From NCBI GenBank assembly GCA_039179045.1, contig JBCDEZ010000019.1, positions 1 to 25,350 of the forward strand: 25,350 nt of DNA. The letters are read 5' to 3'. The translations under genes were made by a program, and so were the position numbers. Source of the DNA: Chlamydiota bacterium (GTDB lineage: Bacteria > Chlamydiota > Chlamydiia > Chlamydiales > SM23-39). Below the pieces are notes generated by a model that saw nothing but the letters and a program-made list of their open reading frames with translations, was not told the origin of the DNA and did no database searches. Of the stretch, positions 1 to 7,826 are shown in pieces; the stretch's first letter is position 1; each line of letters starts with the position of its first letter.

Positions 1-65
1 AGATAAAGAGCCTCGCTTGTTTAGAGGCTTTTTATCAAGTTTTTTACTAGAGATTTTTTCAACAA
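1..65 (-). mobile_element. Copy of repeat family A (IS end or MITE), cut by the window edge
   Basis: The reverse complement of 7-65 (TTGTTGAAAAAATCTCTAGTAAAAAACTTGATAAAAAGCCTCTAAACAAGCGAGGCTCT) aligns with a few mismatches to the copies starting at 2382 and 25297. The 15-bp terminal repeat AGATTTTTTCAACAA lies at 51-65. Confidence 0.8.
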
Positions 66-68
66 GGC

Positions 69-470
69 CTACTTTTCCTCAAAGTCTCCAAACACTTGAA
101 TCATTTCACATTGATTTACCAATAAGTCATTGAGTTGGTAAAATTCGCCTTTATAGTTCTTAGTCTGTTTAAAATCGAGTCTTTTTTGATAGGAGTCATT
201 AGAGGTATAGGAGAGATTCTTTAGAAAGTTTATGAACATATCCTTTATATTATATCCAAAAACAATCTCTTTTATCTCGATATCGAAATCCGATGCGAAC
301 ACTTTCATGCTATCAATCATATTGTAGAGCGCCATGAAGTACCCCATCTTGTAGATAGCATCTTTCTCTCCATGGGATTGATCTTTATTGTTTTGCGCTT
401 GCTTGATTTTGCTCTTGAATTTAGCGACTAAATACCAAACGTAATGCTTGAACCTTTCCTCTGAAAACAT
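69..470 (-). CDS. Hypothetical 133-aa protein, third gene of the toxin cassette (possible orphan immunity protein)
   Basis: Its ATG (470-468) overlaps the TGA of the upstream gene (TGATG). The gene is AT-rich and helical-looking, with the motif YKMGYFMALYNMIDSMKVFASDFDI. The immunity role is inferred from position only. Confidence 0.6.
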   Translation of the reverse strand: MFSEERFKHYVWYLVAKFKSKIKQAQNNKDQSHGEKDAIYKMGYFMALYNMIDSMKVFASDFDIEIKEIVFGYNIKDMFINFLKNLSYTSNDSYQKRLDFKQTKNYKGEFYQLNDLLVNQCEMIQVFGDFEEK

Positions 471-688
471 CAATTGAGTAATTTTTCTTTGGCTTGCTTG
501 AGGATTTCAATGGCTTCATGGAAAGAAAACTCCCAGTATTTTTGCCTAGGATGTGGATAAAACTGAACGATGACTTCGTCTGTTTCTTGCGAAATTTCTA
601 CCCATTGGACGTTATCGTAAGCAATTTCTGCGACCGGGCGCTCTCTATCGGGAAGACTGGCTATAATTATTCTAAATTTTTCCATCAT
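470..688 (-). CDS. Putative cognate immunity protein, 72 aa
   Basis: Its ATG overlaps the toxin TAA (TAATG). It is small and charged, and IASLPDRERPVAEI...WVEISQE...QFYP...WEF resembles small proteins I recall downstream of polymorphic toxin tips. Confidence 0.7.
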   Translation of the reverse strand: MMEKFRIIIASLPDRERPVAEIAYDNVQWVEISQETDEVIVQFYPHPRQKYWEFSFHEAIEILKQAKEKLLN

Positions 689-2259
689 TATTTTTTAAAC
701 TCCAAAAATCCAATAAATTCACCTTCTAAACTATAACGAGCTCCACCAATATTTGGAGCATAAATATCGACCGTTTTTCCCATTCTACTGGAATCATAAA
801 GAATACATTCTCTTTTTGGGTGATTTAAAATCGATTCTAGCATTCTTTGTCCCTGTGCATTTATCTGGGCAGGATTGCCAACAGGCTTGGGGAATCCACT
901 TCCCTCTCTGTACCCATGCTTCATCAATCCCCTTCCTACTTTCGTAAAACCAGCTCTATCTATCGCATTTCCAGCCTTGATTAGATTGTTTGTATTGGAA
1001 AAAACTTTAGGGATCCCTCCTGGGAGAGGTATCATGCCAATAGCAAAATCATTCATGGGATCATTTGCCCTAGCTTCTGCTGTAAAAAACTCAGCTTGAT
1101 CTGTGGAGAAAACGTTATCGATTGCTTCGTGACCTTTAGCAACCAAGTTCTCATAATTTTCTATGGAGCTTAATTGCTCTCCGACAGCTGGCAACTTAAG
1201 ACTTTCTGGCAAGAACCTATCACCTAATTCTTTCACTTCTTCGCAGAGCTGAGGGACCACTTTTGCTAAATCGGTGATTGCATCCAAAGCTTCATGAGCA
1301 ACACCCGCTCCCACTTCTCTTGCTTTCTCCCCAAAGGACTTCTCATCCCATCCTTCGAATCCAGTTTCTTGCTGAGCGACCTTATCTTCAACGAGAAATT
1401 CTTTAAAAGAAGCAACATGTTCATCTAGGGCAGCCTTCATGACGGGAGCTTCACTTGTATCAACAGGAGGCAATGTTTCTTTTGGAGCTATAGAGGCAAG
1501 TGGAGACTTTTCCTTCGATTCTGATTTTTTTGATTCAGAATGGCCGGAATCTGAAGATCTTGTGCCAGCACCGGCTGCAGCTACAACAGCTACAACAACG
1601 ACTGTCGCTACTACGACCACTACAACCCCTATGATTATGGCTTTTTTGTGTTTCTTGCAAAAATTTTTGGTCTTCTTCCAAGCCTTGCTGATCTTCCCAC
1701 ACTGTATGATGTCGTAGCTAGAGTAACCATTGAGAACAGCTGGAATGATCACGTATTCATGGCTATTTTCCAGATAGCGCGTTAGCTGAAATGCACTGTC
1801 TTCTCCATACATCAGATCATACGTATCTTCTTCGAGCTCGCATTCTTTTTCAACCTCATTGGGGAGAATCCCCTCTTTTGCAAGAGTTGCTATGTAATCA
1901 TTTATTTTCTCCAACTGCATCGGCGAATATCTTCTCTCTAGCTCACCAGACTCCAAGTCCTCGAGCATCTGGATGATCTCATTGTATGTATTGGGGCGTA
2001 CCCATTGCTCTTTTTGCTCCTCGCTCCACCAGTCCCCTAACCAGTTCGCGGTTTGAGGACTTGGAAGAGACTGTTTCTGCCTCTGATTCACCACTTGAAA
2101 CGACACCTGTGATGCATTATTATGTTGAGGACAGGTTACAAGGGTTGGTGTGGTGGCTAGGATGGTACAGTGACTAAAAAGCTTCCATTTTCGCACACTC
2201 CCGGTACTCGATTCATTTGACAAACCACTTTGCGATTGAAGCGACAAGTTGTCAATCAA
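688..2259 (-). CDS. Putative polymorphic toxin, 523 aa, with one membrane segment and a C-terminal toxin-like domain
   Basis: Long ORF with an uncertain TTG start. A central CGKISKAWKKTKNFCKKHKK is followed by hydrophobic AIIIGVVVVVVATVVVVAVVAAAGAG. The last ~100 aa (TKVGRGLMKHGYREGSGFP...GNPAQINAQGQRMLESILNHP...GARYSLEGEFIGFLE) resemble tips found on Rhs/CdiA-type proteins. A small coupled gene follows. Confidence 0.7.
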   Translation of the reverse strand: MIDNLSLQSQSGLSNESSTGSVRKWKLFSHCTILATTPTLVTCPQHNNASQVSFQVVNQRQKQSLPSPQTANWLGDWWSEEQKEQWVRPNTYNEIIQMLEDLESGELERRYSPMQLEKINDYIATLAKEGILPNEVEKECELEEDTYDLMYGEDSAFQLTRYLENSHEYVIIPAVLNGYSSYDIIQCGKISKAWKKTKNFCKKHKKAIIIGVVVVVVATVVVVAVVAAAGAGTRSSDSGHSESKKSESKEKSPLASIAPKETLPPVDTSEAPVMKAALDEHVASFKEFLVEDKVAQQETGFEGWDEKSFGEKAREVGAGVAHEALDAITDLAKVVPQLCEEVKELGDRFLPESLKLPAVGEQLSSIENYENLVAKGHEAIDNVFSTDQAEFFTAEARANDPMNDFAIGMIPLPGGIPKVFSNTNNLIKAGNAIDRAGFTKVGRGLMKHGYREGSGFPKPVGNPAQINAQGQRMLESILNHPKRECILYDSSRMGKTVDIYAPNIGGARYSLEGEFIGFLEFKK

Positions 2260-2381
2260 CTATTTTAGTCCCTATTGAAAAAATCAGATTTTCAGAACAA
2301 CCAGGACTATCCTTGAAGATTTTCTAGCTCTCGGTTCTCATCATTTGATGCATCATCAGGCATTTTCAGCAACCTTCGGCG

Positions 2382-2456
2382 TTGTTGAAAAAATCTCTAG
2401 GAAAACCTTGATAAAAAGCCCATAAACAAGCGAGGCTCCTTAGATTTTTTCAACAA
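2382..2456 (+). mobile_element. 75-bp MITE-like element (repeat family A, complete copy)
   Basis: Perfect 15-bp terminal inverted repeats: TTGTTGAAAAAATCT (2382-2396) and AGATTTTTTCAACAA (2442-2456). Two further copies lie at the window ends. Confidence 0.85.
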
Positions 2457-2461
2457 GGCTA

Positions 2462-2525
2462 TCTTTTGGTTGTGAATTATTTTTTATCCTACTCTTTTTT
2501 AATTCATTAAACCCGAAACTCAGGT
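2462..2525 (+). mobile_element. Right-end fragment of repeat family B (IS982-like end)
   Basis: TCTTTTG...GAATT...TCTTTTT(T)AATTCATTAAACCCGAAACTCAGGT aligns to 23510-23572. The reverse complement of its end matches the left end at 23314 in 16 of 17 nt. Confidence 0.65.
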
Positions 2526-2591
2526 TTTGCAAGAAACAAGGTGCTGTGACAGACTGTGGGGAAAGTCTCAAATGTTGTTTTGGAGGGGCTC

Positions 2592-3392
2592 ATGCGAGTT
2601 CAAGATAAAGTAGTCTTAATCACGGGGGCTAGTAAGGGAATCGGTGCCGCAATCGCCAGGCTCTTTGCCGCTGAGGGCGCAAAAGTAGTGATCAGTGATG
2701 TTCTGATCGAAGAAGGAGAAGCACTGGCCCAAGAAATTGGGGGCACTTTCTACCTTTTGGATGTATCCGATGAGAAAGCCTGGCAAAGTACAATGGCGAA
2801 GATCCAGAAAGAATTTGGGAGGTTGGATGTTCTTTGCAACAACGCGGGGATCACGGGTCTGCAGGAGAATTTGGGATTGCAAGACCCAGAAAATACCACA
2901 CTTGATGCGTGGAACTATGTTCATAAAATCAACCTCGACGGAGTCTTTTTGGGATGCAAGTACGCACTCAAAGCAATGAAAGATCAGGGTGGTTCGATCA
3001 TCAATATCTCCTCAAGATCGGGGCTCGTAGGCGTCCCAGGAGCTGCAGCTTATGCCTCGAGCAAGGCGGCGATTCGCAATCATACCAAAACCGTTGCGCT
3101 GTATGCTGCAGATCGTGGTTACAAAGTGCGGTGCAACTCCCTACATCCTGGCGCAATTCTTACCCCTCTTTGGGATCCCATGCTGGGTAAAGAGGGCGCA
3201 GAGCGGCAAAAAATGCTACAAAAGATCGCAGACGGCATTCCTCTAAAGCGCATGGGAGAGGCGATCGATGTCGCCTACGCCGCTCTTTATTTGGGGTCAG
3301 ATGAGTCGCAATATGTCACTGGAACAGAATTAGTAATCGATGGGGGCATTTTGGCTGGAAGCAGTTCCGCACCCAAACCACGTGAAGAGTGA
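2592..3392 (+). CDS. Short-chain dehydrogenase/reductase (classical SDR, likely NAD(H)-dependent)
   Basis: TGASKGIG, NNAG and catalytic YASSK motifs, with Asp at the end of beta-2 (VVISD). GGAGG at 2582-2586 supports the ATG at 2592. Confidence 0.93.
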   Translation: MRVQDKVVLITGASKGIGAAIARLFAAEGAKVVISDVLIEEGEALAQEIGGTFYLLDVSDEKAWQSTMAKIQKEFGRLDVLCNNAGITGLQENLGLQDPENTTLDAWNYVHKINLDGVFLGCKYALKAMKDQGGSIINISSRSGLVGVPGAAAYASSKAAIRNHTKTVALYAADRGYKVRCNSLHPGAILTPLWDPMLGKEGAERQKMLQKIADGIPLKRMGEAIDVAYAALYLGSDESQYVTGTELVIDGGILAGSSSAPKPREE

Positions 3393-3576
3393 AGAAGCGC
3401 TGATAGGGCCCAGATATACCCATCTTGCCTGAAGAATTGTGTGAGGAATTTCTAAGGAATCTCTCCACAAGCAAAAAGGGGGAGTTTTGGAAGAGTTTAT
3501 CCCCACCGAGCCCAGAGCTTTTCCACCGACTAAAGAAACGAATCACAAATAGCTCCCATCTATATTTTTCCGCTTA

Positions 3577-3601
3577 ACCCAATTCTTCAAATGAATTGGG
3601 T
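3577..3601. other. Perfect 9-bp hairpin (possible terminator or miniature repeat)
   Basis: ACCCAATTC-ttcaaat-GAATTGGGT followed by ATATTTTGT, about 185 bp downstream of the SDR gene. Confidence 0.4.
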
Positions 3602-3836
3602 ATATTTTGTCCCTCTATTGGCAAAAGCCCCGGACGTACCAAAAAGAACACTTCCTTATCTTAACGATCCGGCGCCTCTTGTATACGCTTTTGTTGAAAA
3701 TATTTTCTTACAAGATCTCAAGAAATTAGACCATGTGGGCTCCTTATCTTTGCTTTAAGCCAAATACTGCAAAGAAAAAAGCGAAAAGAGCCTATAAACC
3801 TGTAGGTAAAGGAATAAGCGCAAGCGATCTTCTACC

Positions 3837-3866
3837 TTGAACGAATAGGAAAAGATCTGTTAATAT
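3837..3866 (+). promoter_or_regulatory. Possible sigma66/sigma70 promoter of rpmB
   Basis: TTGAAC-N18-TAATAT, followed by a GGAG ribosome binding site before the ATG at 3890. Confidence 0.4.
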
Positions 3867-3889
3867 CTGAAGAATATTGGAGAATTTCT

Positions 3890-4168
3890 ATGCCAAGAAA
3901 ATGTCAAGTTAGTGGAAAGCGGACCCGAGTCGGCAATAGCATCACCCGCCGCGGAATCGCGAAAAAAAAGAAGGGGATCGGTCTCAACACGACCGGCGTC
4001 ACAAAGAGACGCTTTTTACCAAATATTGTCCGGAAAAAGCGTTTTTGGTTTCCTGAAGAAAACCGGTACGTGAGTCTTCGCATCAGCACAAGCGTGCTCA
4101 GAACAATCAATAAGAAAGGAATATCTGCAATCATTGCCGATCTGCGCAAGAAGGGACAAACTGTATAA
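3890..4168 (+). CDS. rpmB: 50S ribosomal protein L28
   Basis: MPRKCQVSGK...GIAKKKKGIGLNTTGVTKRRFLPN...FWFPEENRYVSLRIST, the long chlamydial-type L28. Confidence 0.97.
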   Translation: MPRKCQVSGKRTRVGNSITRRGIAKKKKGIGLNTTGVTKRRFLPNIVRKKRFWFPEENRYVSLRISTSVLRTINKKGISAIIADLRKKGQTV

Positions 4169-4253
4169 GGAATTTTTTCCTTTGCACTACTTCTTGCCTC
4201 TACCCTTTCTCTTTTGCTAGAATGCGTTTCGAAGCAACCCATGTTGTACACCT

Positions 4254-5243
4254 TTGAAGCGCTTTTTCTTTCCCCTTTTTGTTGTTTTTCTTTTCTCCTT
4301 TTACCTTCATTACTTTTACCACTCTCTTTATCCCCCTCTACCACCTCCTGAATCCCCCCCTCTGCTGTACTCCACCCAGTACAAAACGGACCTTCGCTTA
4401 CTATTTCTCCATGCAATCGAGCAAGCAGAGTCATCAATTCATTTAGTGATGTTCGGATTGACGGAACCTTCCATATTGCAGGCACTAGCGAAAAAAGCGC
4501 GCGAAGAGGAGCTGCGCTGCTCGATTTACTACGACCCCACCGCTGCGCACCGTTTGCGCAGCTACCCTCCTTACTTCTCTGTATACCCTGTCGTGAGCCA
4601 AGGCCTCATGCACCAAAAAATTTTAGTGATTGACGAAAACCTTGTGTTTCTAGGCTCAGCGAATATGACACCTACCTCCCTACAGATGCACGACAACCTC
4701 GTGCTCGGGATGCAAAGTCAGAAAATCGCGCAGTTCTTATGTGATCGTACTCCTCAAAAATCAGGTAGTTTGAAAACAAGAGTAGGAGCCCAGGAAATCG
4801 AACTCTATTTGCTTCCCGATCCGAGAGGCCTTGCGCTTCAAGCGATCAAACGACGCATTGCAGAGGCACGCCACTCGATCAAAGTAGCGATGTTCACTCT
4901 AACGCATGCAGGTCTTGTCGATGCTCTGATCGACGCGCAAAAAAGAGGTGTTAGGGTAACGATCTCAATTGACCGCAATGCGCGCTACGGCTCGAGCCAC
5001 AAAGCGATCCACAAGCTAGAGAGCAGAGGAGCTACGATTGTCACCAGCAGAGGCCACCCCTTGATGCATCATAAGTTTTTGCTAGTCGATGATCGGACGC
5101 TCGTATTGGGCTCAGCGAACTGGACCAAGGCTGCTTTCTACAAAAATCGGGACTGTTTCGTTGTTTTGCCCATCATGACCCCTGCGCAAAAAACAACGAT
5201 CTCCTATCTCTGGAAACAGTTGGCGCAAATCCCCTCTTCGTAA
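4254..5243 (+). CDS. Phospholipase D superfamily protein with two HKD motifs and an N-terminal membrane anchor (Chlamydia CT084-like)
   Basis: HQKILVID...GSANMT and HHKFLLVD...GSANWT motifs. It lies near rpmB, as in Chlamydia. Confidence 0.92.
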   Translation: MKRFFFPLFVVFLFSFYLHYFYHSLYPPLPPPESPPLLYSTQYKTDLRLLFLHAIEQAESSIHLVMFGLTEPSILQALAKKAREEELRCSIYYDPTAAHRLRSYPPYFSVYPVVSQGLMHQKILVIDENLVFLGSANMTPTSLQMHDNLVLGMQSQKIAQFLCDRTPQKSGSLKTRVGAQEIELYLLPDPRGLALQAIKRRIAEARHSIKVAMFTLTHAGLVDALIDAQKRGVRVTISIDRNARYGSSHKAIHKLESRGATIVTSRGHPLMHHKFLLVDDRTLVLGSANWTKAAFYKNRDCFVVLPIMTPAQKTTISYLWKQLAQIPSS

Positions 5244-5311
5244 CAAATATGATTTCTTACTAAGGGAAAAATGCCGTTTTTGTTAAATGGAGAATTAGGG
5301 GGAAAAAGAGG

Positions 5312-5908
5312 ATGATGATACTACTACTTGCTTTCAAATTTTTCTTGCTTATGGATTCTCCAGGGAATATTCCCCTCTATACCTCTCTCTTGCGAGAGAT
5401 CCCCCTCGATAGACAGCGTAAGATCATTTTCCGGGAGATGCTGATCGCTCTTTTCGTGATCCTCTCTTTCAACTTTCTGGGAAAACCCTTCTTGAATTTT
5501 CTGGATATTTCAGACAACACCGTTAAGGTGGCAGGAGGTATCATTCTTTTCATGATCGCCATCAAAATGATCTTCCCTCCGGAAAAACATGCACAGCATG
5601 AGGGCAAACATATCGAGCCTTTTATTGTTCCTCTGGCCATTCCCCTGATCGCGGGACCCGCAGTGCTAGCTGCGGTGATCATCTATTCAAAACAGCAACA
5701 AAACCACCTTGTGATGATGCTTAGCATCACCCTCGCATGGATCATGTCTTTGATTGTCCTTCTTTTGTCTCCTTTGTTATCGAGAAAACTAGGGCAAAAA
5801 GGGGTAACTGCTTTGGAGAGACTCATGGGTCTTGTTCTTACTCTGATTGCTGTGGAGATGTTCTTGCAAGGATTGCAACTCCCCTCAATGCCTACAGATA
5901 CAGCTTGA
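5312..5908 (+). CDS. marC: MarC/YhgN family membrane protein
   Basis: MDSPGNIP, AGGIILF, VPLAIPLIAGPA and ERLMGLVL motifs. Confidence 0.93.
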   Translation: MMILLLAFKFFLLMDSPGNIPLYTSLLREIPLDRQRKIIFREMLIALFVILSFNFLGKPFLNFLDISDNTVKVAGGIILFMIAIKMIFPPEKHAQHEGKHIEPFIVPLAIPLIAGPAVLAAVIIYSKQQQNHLVMMLSITLAWIMSLIVLLLSPLLSRKLGQKGVTALERLMGLVLTLIAVEMFLQGLQLPSMPTDTA

Positions 5909-6140
5909 TCTGCTCAGTTGAACAGCCCACCGCCTTTGTTTGAAAATCGATCTCTTTGGAAACTTTACCTATTGAGCTCCCAGCTGTAACTTCCGGTAAT
6001 TTAAACCAAAATGATCCAAATTCTCTGTTTTCAAATCTTCCATGGAGAAATTTTTCCCTATTCAAAACAAAAATAGAACACGATTTTTTTGCTGACGAAT
6101 GACGGGTATACATAAAAAAATGCTTTTGATGCCATGTCAC
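5892..6140 (-). CDS. Doubtful small hypothetical protein or frameshifted remnant
   Basis: An 82-codon ORF fills the marC-truA gap. The best RBS (AGGTG) precedes an out-of-frame ATG at 6135. Confidence 0.25.
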   Translation of the reverse strand: MTWHQKHFFMYTRHSSAKKSCSIFVLNREKFLHGRFENREFGSFWFKLPEVTAGSSIGKVSKEIDFQTKAVGCSTEQIKLYL

Positions 6141-6221
6141 CTGTTAATGGCAATCCTCGATTCGCGGAAAAAAAAAGCCTTTGCTATCCTTGACTTGGTT
6201 ATGTAGATTTTAGAAAAAGAG

Positions 6222-6956
6222 ATGTTTCAATACCGTATCCTTATCTCTTATGATGGTGCCGGCTACTACGGATGGCAAAAGGCATGCCCCTATCCGAGCA
6301 TTGAGCGCTCTTTGCAAGGAGTGCTTGAGCAAATCTTACAAGAAAAGATTTCACTACAAGCTGCGAGCCGAACCGACCGTGGGGTACACGCAAAAGGGCA
6401 GGTTGTGACTTTCAACTGCACTCGCTCTTTTGACCGAGGGAAAATCCTTTGTAGCATCAATCGCCTTCTAAGCCCAGACATTCGAGCTCTTAGCTTAGAC
6501 CAGGTTCTTCCGACTTTTCATCCGAGTTTGGATGCACAAGCAAAGACGTATCTGTATCAAGTCTACGTGGGCAAGATTTTGTACCCCCATGAGCGTTTCT
6601 ATTTCTGGCATTACCCGGGAAAGATTTCTGAAGATATGCAAACAGTCTTTCCCCTCTTCTTAGGAAGAAGAAACTTCAACGCTTTTTCTTCCGAACCCAA
6701 AGCGGCACGGTCTCCAGAGTGCAATCTTCATACCATCCAACTTGAAACAATAGGAGAAAGGTGGTATATTCGCTTGAAAGGTGATCGGTTCTTGTATAAA
6801 ATGGTCCGAATTATTGTGGGCACACTCATGAACTTTTCGTCAGGCAAACTCTCTAAAAATGAAATCATCGCCCTTTTTTCTCAGGGGAACCGGGCAGATG
6901 CTGGGATTTCAGCTCCAGCTCACGGTCTTTTTTTAGAGAAAATCCACTACGAATGA
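6222..6956 (+). CDS. truA: tRNA pseudouridine(38-40) synthase
   Basis: ISYDGAGYYGWQ, ASRTDRGVHAKGQ, FLYKMVRIIVG and APAHGLFL motifs. Confidence 0.96.
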   Translation: MFQYRILISYDGAGYYGWQKACPYPSIERSLQGVLEQILQEKISLQAASRTDRGVHAKGQVVTFNCTRSFDRGKILCSINRLLSPDIRALSLDQVLPTFHPSLDAQAKTYLYQVYVGKILYPHERFYFWHYPGKISEDMQTVFPLFLGRRNFNAFSSEPKAARSPECNLHTIQLETIGERWYIRLKGDRFLYKMVRIIVGTLMNFSSGKLSKNEIIALFSQGNRADAGISAPAHGLFLEKIHYE

Positions 6957-6965
6957 AGAGCTGTT

Positions 6966-7826
6966 ATGATATCCCGCAATGATCCTTGCTGGTGTGGATC
7001 TCAGAAGAAGTGGAAAAAGTGCCATTATCCAGAAAAAGCACCCCAAACCAAAACCGAGTATTTCCAGGAAAAGTACCAGATCATCCTGAAAACAGAGGAG
7101 CAAATCGCAGGAATCAAGACTGCCTGCCAGTTTGCGAAAAGTGTCTTGGAAAAGCTGATCCTCGCAGCAAAAGAGGGAGTCACAACAAACGAGTTGGAGC
7201 TCCTTTGTAGAAAGTTGCATGATCAAGGGGGAGCAATCCCTGCTCCTTTGCATTACGGATCCCCTCCTTATCCGAAAAGCGCCTGCTTTTCTTTGAATGA
7301 GGTCATTTGCCATGGCATCGCAGATGAGCGCCCTTTATGTAGTGGGGATATCTTGAATATCGACATCACCTCGATTGTCGATGAGTACTATGGAGATCTT
7401 TCGAAGATGCTTTGCATCGGTTCGGTCAGCGAAGAAAAGCGTCTCGTTGTTGACTGCGCGCGCGCTTGTCTCCACCGAGCAATCCGGATTTTGAAGCCAG
7501 GCATTTTTCTTTTCGAAATCGGTGATGTGATTGAAGAAGAAGCCGCTAAGCGCGGGTGCTCTGTAGTAGACCAGTTTGTAGGCCATGGGATAGGACTTGC
7601 TTTTCACGAGCCTCCTCAAGTATGTCACCATAAGAATCGGATGAACATTCCTTTAGAAGAGGGAATGATTTTTACCATTGAGCCGATGGTCAACGCAGGA
7701 AAGAGGGAGGCTGTTATCGATCCAGTCGATCAGTGGACCGCGCGTACAATCGACGGGAAGCCCTCAGCTCAAGAAGAGCACACCGTACTGATTACAGAAA
7801 CAGGTTCAGATGTTCTCACTGCTTAG
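6966..7826 (+). CDS. map: Methionine aminopeptidase type I with an N-terminal SEC-C zinc motif
   Basis: RNDPCWCGSQKKWKKCH; NEVICHGI, DILNID, GHGIG..FHE, FTIEPM and EHT metal-ligand motifs. Confidence 0.97.
   Translation: MISRNDPCWCGSQKKWKKCHYPEKAPQTKTEYFQEKYQIILKTEEQIAGIKTACQFAKSVLEKLILAAKEGVTTNELELLCRKLHDQGGAIPAPLHYGSPPYPKSACFSLNEVICHGIADERPLCSGDILNIDITSIVDEYYGDLSKMLCIGSVSEEKRLVVDCARACLHRAIRILKPGIFLFEIGDVIEEEAAKRGCSVVDQFVGHGIGLAFHEPPQVCHHKNRMNIPLEEGMIFTIEPMVNAGKREAVIDPVDQWTARTIDGKPSAQEEHTVLITETGSDVLTA

Noticed and set aside
1579..1630. Short tandem repeats (CAGCTACAA twice, ACTAC/ACAAC runs)
   Set aside because: They are the codons of the poly-Val/Ala segment of the toxin and not an independent repeat.
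3904..4485. 193-aa antisense ORF
   Set aside because: It overlaps rpmB and the PLD gene and has no recognisable features.
6966..7030. SEC-C zinc motif fused to methionine aminopeptidase as a novelty
   Set aside because: This is the normal architecture of chlamydial Map.
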